Source: Candidatus Aminicenantes bacterium (lineage in GTDB: Bacteria > Acidobacteriota > Aminicenantia > Aminicenantales > UBA8522). Taken from it: a stretch of DNA of 64,000 nt. Of the stretch, positions 57,066 through 64,000 are shown one piece after another; the first letter of the stretch is position 1, and each line of letters begins with the position of its first letter. The stretch covers positions 16,540 to 80,539 of the forward strand of contig CAVXUH010000009.1 in NCBI GenBank assembly GCA_963764885.1. The letters run 5' to 3'. The notes beneath the pieces were generated by a model, which saw only the letters and a program-made list of their open reading frames with translations, did not search any database and was not told the DNA's origin. The translations under genes and the position numbers were made by a program.

Positions 57066-58579
57066 GCGTTCTCGGGATCGACCTGGGCACGACCGGCTGC
57101 AAAGCGGCCGCTTTTTCTGCCGACGGGCGCTGCCTGGCCCAGGGATATCGCGAGTATGACGCGCTTCATCCCCGGGCCGGATGGGCGGAGCTTGACAGCC
57201 GCGATGTCTGGGAAAAAGTGCGCCAGGTGATCCGTGCGGCGGCCTCCGGGACGCGCCGCGATCCGGTCACGGCGTTGTGCACCAGCTCTTTCGGCGAAGC
57301 GTTCGTGCCCGTCTCGAATGATCGCCGGATATTGGGCAGCAGCATCCTGTGCACGGACCTCAGGGGCCAGGAATATTCCGATGCCCTGGCCAGGGAAATC
57401 GGCCAGGAAGCCTTCTACAGGATCAATCCGAACATTCTCGGGCCGCAGTATTCCCTGCCCAAGCTGCTCTGGGTTCGCGATCACGAGACCGGCCTGTTCG
57501 AGACAGCCGACTATTTTTTGTTCTGGGCGGACCTCGTGCCGTTTCTCCTCGGCTGCGAGCCCGTCGCCGTCAATTCCCTGGCCAACCGGTCCCTGCTCTT
57601 CGACATCGCCAAAAACGACTGGTCGGATGTCCTGCTCTCGTGGAGCGGACTGGAGCGGAAAAAACTGGGCCGTGTCGTCCCGGGGGGAGCGCTCATCGGA
57701 ACGGTCTCCGATCGGGCGGCGGCGGAGCTCGGCCTGCCATCCGGAGTGCGGGTTGTCTCGGGCGGGCATGACCAGTGCTGCAACGCGCTCGGAGCGGGCT
57801 GCACCAGGCCCGGCACGGCGGTCTGCGGCATCGGCACGTTCGAGTGCATCACGCCGACCTACGGCGAGATCCGGGAGCCCCTTCGCCTGCTGTCTTTGCG
57901 GCTGAACATCGAGCACCATGTGCTGCCGGGACTCTACGTGTCGTTCCTGTACAATCAGGCGGGCGTCCTCGTCAGGTGGTTCCGCGACACCTTTGCCGCG
58001 GCCGACACGGCGCCGTCCGGCTCGAACGTCTACTCCGCGCTCGACCGCGAGATGCCCGAAGCGCCAACAAAACTTCTCGTGCTGCCGCATTTCGACCCGC
58101 CGATGTGGCCCGTCCACATGACCGATTCAGCCGGTGTCATCCTGGGTCTGAAGACCGATACCGCGCGGGGCGAGATCCTCAAGTCCATCCTGGAGTGCGA
58201 GACATTCTACTTTGTCGACAGCCTCCTGGCGCTCGAAAAGCTGGGGGTCGCGACCCGGGAATTCACGGCCACGGGCGGCGGAGCCAGGTCCGATGCCTGG
58301 CTCCAGATCAAGGCGGATATCTTCGGCGTGCCCTTCGTCCGGCCGCGGATCTCGGAGGGAAGCCTGGTCGGCGCCGCCATGCTGGCCGGGATCGCCACGG
58401 GCGTCTACGCATCGGCCGCTGAGGCGGTCAATGTCTTCGTCAAGCGCGAGCGGCGCTTCGAACCGGACGCCCTGCGCCACGCGATCTACAGGGAAAAGCT
58501 CGGGCTGTACAGGGAGCTTTTCCCCGCCACGCGGGTTCTCCTCAGCCGGCTGAGCCGGGCCGACAGGACTCCTCCCTGA
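57062..58579 (+). CDS. FGGY-family carbohydrate kinase (xylulokinase/ribulokinase-like)
   Basis: MSVLGIDLGTTGCKAA, GWAELD, and C-terminal TGGGARSDAWLQIKADIFG. The ATG overlaps the isomerase stop. Confidence 0.85.
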   Translation: MSVLGIDLGTTGCKAAAFSADGRCLAQGYREYDALHPRAGWAELDSRDVWEKVRQVIRAAASGTRRDPVTALCTSSFGEAFVPVSNDRRILGSSILCTDLRGQEYSDALAREIGQEAFYRINPNILGPQYSLPKLLWVRDHETGLFETADYFLFWADLVPFLLGCEPVAVNSLANRSLLFDIAKNDWSDVLLSWSGLERKKLGRVVPGGALIGTVSDRAAAELGLPSGVRVVSGGHDQCCNALGAGCTRPGTAVCGIGTFECITPTYGEIREPLRLLSLRLNIEHHVLPGLYVSFLYNQAGVLVRWFRDTFAAADTAPSGSNVYSALDREMPEAPTKLLVLPHFDPPMWPVHMTDSAGVILGLKTDTARGEILKSILECETFYFVDSLLALEKLGVATREFTATGGGARSDAWLQIKADIFGVPFVRPRISEGSLVGAAMLAGIATGVYASAAEAVNVFVKRERRFEPDALRHAIYREKLGLYRELFPATRVLLSRLSRADRTPP

Positions 58580-58687
58580 AAGACATGCGATAGCCTGGGA
58601 TAACGATACTATAAGATGCGCTTTGATCTTCCCGATAGATTTTGGGCAGAATAGGTTGAATCCCTTTTTGCGACGAGGAGTAAGACA

Positions 58688-59710
58688 ATGTCCAAAAAAC
58701 AACTGCTGAGAGGTTGGCTGACGGTACTGGGCGCCGTTTGGCTGCTGGCGGCGGCCGTGCCTTCGTCCGGGCAGGGGAAAGGCCCCCTCCGTATCGGCAT
58801 GCTGAACGTGGACGGTCACGCCTGGTGGTTCGGCGCTTTTTTCAATCCCTACGACGAGGCGCGGCTGGAGAAGAATTTCCCCAGGGCCGCCGAGCGCAAC
58901 CGCTTGATCCGCGGCGTCAGCCTGCCGATGTCGGACGCCCGGATAGTCAAGGTCTGGGGTCAAGACCCGCAAGCCGTCCGGGAGTTCGCGGCCACCTATG
59001 ACAATCCTGGAGTGGTTGAAAAACCCGAGGACATGCTGGGAAGCATCGACGCGGTCATGCTGGTCAATGCCGGGGGTGATGGCCACAACCATCTCGATCT
59101 GATCCGTCCCTTTCTGGAGCGGGGAATTCCCGCCTATATCGACAAGCCCTTGGCTTTCACGGGCAAACAGGCCAGGGAGATCGTCGCCTTGGCGCAGCGC
59201 CACAACGCGCCGGTTTATTCGGCTTCGGTTTTGCCCCATGTCGCCGATCTGAACTGGCTTTACAAGAAGGAAAAGCTGGGCAAGATCCATTACGTTCTCT
59301 CCCAGGGCGGGATGCTGATCCACGGCCTCCTCACCAATTACGCCGGCCTGGGGCCGGGGATCGTCTCTGTCCGAAATATCGGAGACAAGGAACGCGATGT
59401 CGTTCAGGTCCTCAAAGCGGACGGCACCATGGGACTGATCCTGATCGCCCCGGACATTCGCGATTCCCTGGGAGCCTATTTCTCGGTCGGACTGATCGGC
59501 GAGAACGACAAGATCGATCCCGAGCCGATCCGGCCGAATCACTTCCAGTACGGGGCCGCTGTCTCGATGCGGAACTTCCTGGAGATGGTCCGCTCCGGCC
59601 AACCCCCCGTCCCCTACGATCAGCTGATCGAACAGGTCGAGATCTACGAGGCGGCCCGCCTCTCCAAAGCGCGGGGCGGAGCAACCGTGCTGTTGACCGA
59701 GCTGCGCTGA
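58688..59710 (+). CDS. Gfo/Idh/MocA-like oxidoreductase with an N-terminal signal peptide
   Basis: Signal-like MSKKQLLRGWLTVLGAVWLLAAAVPSSGQG, then LRIGMLNVDGH... and IPAYIDKPLA (the EKP-like motif of the family). Confidence 0.65.
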   Translation: MSKKQLLRGWLTVLGAVWLLAAAVPSSGQGKGPLRIGMLNVDGHAWWFGAFFNPYDEARLEKNFPRAAERNRLIRGVSLPMSDARIVKVWGQDPQAVREFAATYDNPGVVEKPEDMLGSIDAVMLVNAGGDGHNHLDLIRPFLERGIPAYIDKPLAFTGKQAREIVALAQRHNAPVYSASVLPHVADLNWLYKKEKLGKIHYVLSQGGMLIHGLLTNYAGLGPGIVSVRNIGDKERDVVQVLKADGTMGLILIAPDIRDSLGAYFSVGLIGENDKIDPEPIRPNHFQYGAAVSMRNFLEMVRSGQPPVPYDQLIEQVEIYEAARLSKARGGATVLLTELR

Positions 59711-59734
59711 TACGGACATTCTTGGAGACATCTG

Positions 59735-60700
59735 ATGAAAGCCGTCGTCTATACCAAATATGGCCCGCCGGAAGTTCTTCAACTCCAAGAGGTCGATAAA
59801 CCAACTCCCAAAGATGGCGAGGTCCTTATCAAGATCCATGCGACCACCGTCAATCGGACGGACATCGGATTTCGAAAACCGGAATATGGGTTGATCATTC
59901 GCCCGATCAACGGGCTGATACGGCCCCGCAGGAATATCTTGGGCAGTGAGTTGGCCGGAGAGATCGAAGCCGTCGGCAGAAACGTCAAAACGTTCAAGCC
60001 GGGCGACCCGGTTTTCGGGCTGAGTACGGGCCGGTTTGGAGCTCATGCGGAATACATCTGCATCCCCGAAAAAGGCTCGATCACGATCAAGCCGGTGAAC
60101 ATGTCCTACGAAGAGGCGGCCGCCGTCTGTGACGGGCTCGTGCTGGCCATGACCTTCATCAGGAAAATCGATTTTCAGAGATCGAATAAAATCCTGATCA
60201 ATGGCGCTTCCGGGTCGATCGGTTCCGCCTGTGTGCAACTGGCCAAGTATTATGGCGCGCAAATTACAGCCGTCTGCAATACGAAAAATATGGAATTGGT
60301 GGAATCCCTTGGCGCCGAAAGGGTCATCGATTATACAAAAGACGATTTTACAAAAGATGACCAAGTGTATGATGTCGTCATCGATGCTGTCGGCAAAAGC
60401 TCATTCCCTCGCTGTCGAAAACTGCTAAAACCGGGCGGGGTATATTTTTCTACGGACCTTGGGCCCTGGGCGCAGAATATTTTTTGGGTACTATGGACGC
60501 CTGTTTTCAGCCGCAAAAAAGTGAAGTTCCCGATCCCCAAAGACAGCCAAAAGGATATCGTCCTCTTTAAGGAACTCATCGAGGCGGGGAAGTATAAAGC
60601 CGTCATTGACAGACGTTACCCCATGGAACAGATCATCGAGGCCACCAAGTACGTCGAGAGCGGGCAAAAGACGGGAAATGTCGTCATAACATTTTTCTGA
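59735..60700 (+). CDS. Medium-chain dehydrogenase/reductase (quinone oxidoreductase / zinc-type ADH-like)
   Basis: MKAVVYTKYGPPEVLQLQEVDKPTPKDGEVLIKIHATTVNRTD and INGASGSIGSACVQLAK (NAD(P) binding). Noticeably more A/T-ending codons than the neighbouring genes. Confidence 0.85.
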   Translation: MKAVVYTKYGPPEVLQLQEVDKPTPKDGEVLIKIHATTVNRTDIGFRKPEYGLIIRPINGLIRPRRNILGSELAGEIEAVGRNVKTFKPGDPVFGLSTGRFGAHAEYICIPEKGSITIKPVNMSYEEAAAVCDGLVLAMTFIRKIDFQRSNKILINGASGSIGSACVQLAKYYGAQITAVCNTKNMELVESLGAERVIDYTKDDFTKDDQVYDVVIDAVGKSSFPRCRKLLKPGGVYFSTDLGPWAQNIFWVLWTPVFSRKKVKFPIPKDSQKDIVLFKELIEAGKYKAVIDRRYPMEQIIEATKYVESGQKTGNVVITFF

Positions 60701-60736
60701 AATTGTGAACGGCCGACTTATCCGGGCGGGGGAGCG

Positions 60737-62119
60737 TCAGCCGCTCGGCCGAGCACTTTTTTCGGAAGCGGGGCGATCTATCCGGATAACTTGAAAATCT
60801 CCCGGACGAGTGCCCGGTCGGATGCTCCATCCCGGCGCCAGCGTGAGCTTCCAGCCCTGACCAGTCAAAGTCGAGCCTTCTGTCTTTACCGGCGCGGGCA
60901 CTTTTAACGTGCCGCCAGCCGCCGCCACGAGGACGTTTTCGGCTTCTAAACTCCCCCACTCAACCTGGGCGCGAAATGCTGAGTAGACAGACCCGGCTTC
61001 CGTGAGGGGAACGATGTCGCCGGCGAAGGAGAAGCTGCTGGCCCGAGGGATGACAAGCACGGGGCCTTCGACAAAGCGTTGCCGGAGCTCCGCCAGCCGC
61101 GCCTCCCGCTCCACTTTGCGCCGCTCTTCAGCGATCCTCAACTCAGCGCCGCCGTACCGCTCCGACGCCGCGTTGACGTTCTCTGTCGGTCGGAGACGTG
61201 CGGCCTCCATCAATGAACTCGTGAGATCGTCTGTTGCCCTGAACTGACGCGTCCACCCGGGATGCCACGTCTCAAGAAGCGCTCCGTAGGCCGCTCCAAA
61301 GCCGTATCCGAAGGGCCGAACGAACGTGGGCTGCTCAAGAACCCACTTCAGATGCCGGATCGCGCGGGTTGCAACGGCTGCATCTCCCGAGGAATCTCCG
61401 GCGACAAGTCCCGTGTACTCTGCAAGTCCCTCATTGATCTCCGCAACCCGCTCGCTTTCTGCGGCTTGGGGGAACGCCTTTCGGCGAGCGGTTCGGAAGG
61501 CCAAGGCATCTCGCAGCGCGCTGACACGCGCCTGGCCGGAGTCCCGGAGGGCCGTCTCGAGCGCGCGCCCCTCGAGTTGCACCCAGTACCTTCCCTCTAA
61601 AGTATCCAAGTGATCATTGTTGGAATCGGGCAGGAGAAGCCCTAATTGCGGCTGGATGCGATGGAAGAGCTCATGCAGCATGAGATATCCGACGCCAAAG
61701 CCCTGTTCATCCGCGATAAGCATTTGCTGCCAGACGAGTGTGGTCCAGCGCTGCCCACCCCACTCCAGGGCGGCATTCGCAAATCCGAAGGCCGCCGGTC
61801 GTTTGGACTCGGGAGGAGGTTCGTTGGTCGCGATCGCGCGCGTGGCGGGGTTCACGATGGCTATCGGACCGCACAGCGAAACCCCCCAAAGCCGTCCTCC
61901 TTCACTCGCACAGAGGCTCTCGGCTTGCTCAAAAAACTCTGCGGCGCGTTTCTGATCGGCGGGACTGAACCCTGAACCATACACCTTGACGCTGACCTGG
62001 GCCTTGGCCACACTCCCTGCCTGGCGTGAACGTTGAGCTTCTGACAGTGAAGTCATGGACAGGAACAATAAGAGCGCCACTGCTGGCATGGCTGCGGGTT
62101 GCCGAGAACGTTCGCTCAT
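60737..62119 (-). CDS. Secreted hypothetical protein with an HExxH motif (putative zinc metallopeptidase)
   Basis: Signal peptide (..AVALLLFLSMTSLSEAQ), LMLHELFHRIQ (HExxH), and a downstream EINEGLAEY (possible third ligand). 460 aa. Confidence 0.5.
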   Translation of the reverse strand: MSERSRQPAAMPAVALLLFLSMTSLSEAQRSRQAGSVAKAQVSVKVYGSGFSPADQKRAAEFFEQAESLCASEGGRLWGVSLCGPIAIVNPATRAIATNEPPPESKRPAAFGFANAALEWGGQRWTTLVWQQMLIADEQGFGVGYLMLHELFHRIQPQLGLLLPDSNNDHLDTLEGRYWVQLEGRALETALRDSGQARVSALRDALAFRTARRKAFPQAAESERVAEINEGLAEYTGLVAGDSSGDAAVATRAIRHLKWVLEQPTFVRPFGYGFGAAYGALLETWHPGWTRQFRATDDLTSSLMEAARLRPTENVNAASERYGGAELRIAEERRKVEREARLAELRQRFVEGPVLVIPRASSFSFAGDIVPLTEAGSVYSAFRAQVEWGSLEAENVLVAAAGGTLKVPAPVKTEGSTLTGQGWKLTLAPGWSIRPGTRPGDFQVIRIDRPASEKSARPSG

Positions 62120-62335
62120 CTGATTTTTGCCGCCCCTAGATAAGCATTCCCGGTGCCGATTTTGCTTCTCCCATCCTTGGAAATAGTAAATCGGAGCTCG
62201 TCGGGAGTCAAATTGAGGGGCGCGGTCTGTTTTTGATTACCTCATAATTAAGGGGGGCGGGAGTGAATGATCTTTCGAGCGGAGCAGCAGGCTTTTTCGC
62301 CCATATAACGTCTCCTTGGCCGCCCCGAGGATATG

Positions 62336-62365
62336 TTGACAGCGCCGCTCGGCCGGCGGTAGTAT
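62336..62365 (+). promoter_or_regulatory. Sigma70-type promoter (TTGACA-18-TAGTAT) of the nitrilase-family gene
   Basis: TTGACA at 62336..62341 and TAGTAT at 62360..62365, 35 nt before ATG 62400. Confidence 0.5.
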
Positions 62366-62399
62366 CCTTTCCTAACCCGAAATTGAACAGTTGCTAGCC

Positions 62400-63260
62400 A
62401 TGAGCACCAACAAGACTCTTCAAGTGTCCTGTGTGCAGTTGCACTGGGCGAAATCCCTTGAACGAAACCTGGCCCGTGCCATGCACTATATCCGGCTGGC
62501 GGCTGAGGAAGGCAGCCGAGTGGTTCTCTTCCCGGAAGCGAGCCTGACCGGGTATTGTTTTACGGACGTCGTTAAGCTGGCACCTGAAGCCGCCGAGCAG
62601 GCGCTCCAGCAAACATGTCGGGCGGCGGCCGAGTCGGGCATCTGGGTGATCGTCGGCACGCTCCGCAAGACGGCGGACCGTTACCTCAACCTCGCCCACG
62701 TTATTTCTCCCGTCGGCGCCATCGTGCACGAGTACGCGAAAATCCACCTGGCGGGTCGGGACGAACAGAAGTACTGCCGGGGCGGCAACAAGCTTTCGCT
62801 GTTTGAGATCGACGGCATCCCGTGCACACTGGTCATCTGCCGCGACGGCCGGCACCCTGAGCTGTATCGGATTCCGGCTATGGCGGGGGCACAGGTCCTT
62901 TTTCATCCCTCCTGCAGTTCGGACGAAATCGAAGCGGTGATCTGGAAGCGCCTTGCAGGCCGCGCCCAGCAGCCGGTCGGGCCGAATAGCAGGATATTCC
63001 ACTGCGTCGCCAACACCGTCGGGCAATCCCCGGACGGAAGACAAACCTCGAGCGGGCAGTCCTTTATCCGCGAACCATCCGGCATCCCCCTGGCCGAAGC
63101 TGGATATTACCAAGAAGAGATGATCACGGCCGTGCTCGACATCGACCGCGCCGACCGCAGCTATGTTCTGGACAGCCTGAGAAACCCGCCTTGCCTGCGC
63201 TCTCACTGGGAAGCGATGGTCAACGAAATGAAAGCGCGGGCCCATCTCAAGCCCGAGTAA
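62400..63260 (+). CDS. Carbon-nitrogen hydrolase (nitrilase superfamily)
   Basis: Glu-Lys-Cys triad context: VVLFPEASLTGY, YAKIHL, and LVICRDGRHPE. Confidence 0.85.
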   Translation: MSTNKTLQVSCVQLHWAKSLERNLARAMHYIRLAAEEGSRVVLFPEASLTGYCFTDVVKLAPEAAEQALQQTCRAAAESGIWVIVGTLRKTADRYLNLAHVISPVGAIVHEYAKIHLAGRDEQKYCRGGNKLSLFEIDGIPCTLVICRDGRHPELYRIPAMAGAQVLFHPSCSSDEIEAVIWKRLAGRAQQPVGPNSRIFHCVANTVGQSPDGRQTSSGQSFIREPSGIPLAEAGYYQEEMITAVLDIDRADRSYVLDSLRNPPCLRSHWEAMVNEMKARAHLKPE

Positions 63261-63444
63261 TATAACGCGGGTGGGCGAGGCTTAACACGCGGCAGGGAAA
63301 CGGCTATGGCGGTTGCCATTCGGCCCAGTTATGACTGCAACAAACATGCCAATAAGCCCGCTTCCTTGACGCCTCCCGCGCTCAAGAGTCCATTCCGACA
63401 TCAAGTTGAAGCTGCTCAAAGAGGCGAAGGGCAACCTGCCAGGC

Positions 63445-64000
63445 TCAGGCAGAAGCGGGGGCGCCGGGGTCGGCAGCAGGCGGGACGGAGGGCTTCCGGT
63501 CTCCCAGCACCAGGCGGACTCGGTGCGTGCCGCCGTCATCGGCGAGAGGGATGGAGCCGGGGTCGACCGGCGCGCCATCCAGTTCCGCCTCGGCGATCCC
63601 CCGGCAGCGGCGTTCCGGATTCGAGACCGCGATCTCGTAGCGCGTCCGGCCGAAGCGCCAGACGATCGCGTAGTCAGGCCAGGATGACGGGATGCAGGGG
63701 TCCATCTCGAAGGTCGAGCCCCGCCGCCGGAGCCCGAGGATGCTCTCGAGGCCCGCGCGGTACATCAAGCCCGCGGAGCCGGTGTACCAGGTCCAGCCGC
63801 CGCGCCCGGCGTGTTGCCGGGTCGGCGTGGACGTCTCCGGCGATGACATAGGGCTCGGCCATGTAGCGGCCGACACCGGCCGCGGTCCTGGTATGGTTGA
63901 CGGGATTGAGCATGTGGAAGAGCTCCACCGCCTCGTCGCCGCTGCCCAGCCGGGCCATGGCCATGACGACCCAGAGGGCCGCGTGGGTGTATTGGCCGCC
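63445..64000 (-). CDS. C-terminal part of a GH94-type glycosyl hydrolase/phosphorylase (cellobiose phosphorylase / cyclic beta-1,2-glucan synthase-like); 5' end outside window; one frame break
   Basis: ORF 63674..63964 (..RYMAEPYVIAGDV) continues after skipping one base at ~63829 into ORF 63445..63876 (TPTRQHAGRGGWTWYTGSAGLMYRAGLESILG..). GRGGWTWYTGSAG is characteristic of GH94 C-termini. Confidence 0.7.
   Translation of the reverse strand, partial: AANTPTRPSGSSWPWPGWAAATRRWSSSTCSIPSTIPGPRPVSAATWPSPMSSPETSTPTRQHAGRGGWTWYTGSAGLMYRAGLESILGLRRRGSTFEMDPCIPSSWPDYAIVWRFGRTRYEIAVSNPERRCRGIAEAELDGAPVDPGSIPLADDGGTHRVRLVLGDRKPSVPPAADPGAPASA

Noticed and set aside
58127-60364. 745-aa minus-strand ORF spanning three plus-strand genes
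   Set aside because: It is antisense to the FGGY kinase end, the Gfo/Idh/MocA gene and the MDR gene, all of which have clear family motifs. Its Asp/Gly/Arg/Pro-rich, motif-less translation is typical of high-GC shadow ORFs.
1-64000. Search for CRISPR arrays, IS/transposase, integrase, phage, toxin-antitoxin or known defence genes
   Set aside because: No direct-repeat/spacer pattern, terminal inverted repeats, or transposase/integrase/nuclease/ATPase-type ORFs were recognisable. The window reads as core chromosome with metabolic, envelope and respiratory genes.

Overview
This is a 64-kb, high-GC chromosomal segment that looks bacterial. It has canonical TTGACA/TATAAT-type promoters, lipobox lipoproteins and ECF-sigma/LuxR/MerR-type regulators. 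It carries about 50 protein genes. I recognised no rRNA, tRNA, CRISPR array or mobile element.

Gene content, left to right:
- a beta-lactamase-like hydrolase and a CsgG-like gene, both frame-broken
- an ABC exporter
- a lipase-glycerol kinase operon headed by an 88-aa class II aaRS remnant
- a glycan-utilisation block (DUF1080, GH106-like, MFS sugar porter, GH2-like)
- a MerR + B12-radical-SAM pair
- a MEDS/PAS hybrid histidine kinase
- a HAD hydrolase
- an archaeal-type gatE-gatD operon
- a dihaem cytochrome c peroxidase and an ECF sigma remnant
- a radical-SAM + lipoprotein operon
- GTP-PEPCK
- an envelope glycosylation operon (B12-rSAM, epimerase, GT2, ArnT/PMT-like GT)
- a divergent pair of paralogous secreted proteins
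- a haem-c/beta-barrel fusion plus a pentahaem cytochrome
- split MprF-like genes and an MFS transporter
- two polytopic membrane proteins fused to c-type cytochrome domains, plus an SDR
- a membrane-anchored LuxR
- a sugar catabolic cluster (class II aldolase, isomerase, FGGY kinase, oxidoreductases)
- an HExxH protein, a nitrilase-family hydrolase and a GH94 C-terminus

At least 16 single-base frame breaks, many next to short G/C runs, interrupt 12 otherwise recognisable genes. Several long ORFs in the six-frame track are therefore composites, fragments or antisense shadows.

The candidates I consider most worth a second look are:
- the GatDE operon in a bacterial context
- the cytochrome-c/beta-barrel fusion with its pentahaem partner
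- the bd-oxidase-like/cytochrome-c fusion operon
- the radical-SAM + lipoprotein operon
- the divergent paralog pair

All functional calls rest on motif recognition by eye. No database search was possible.
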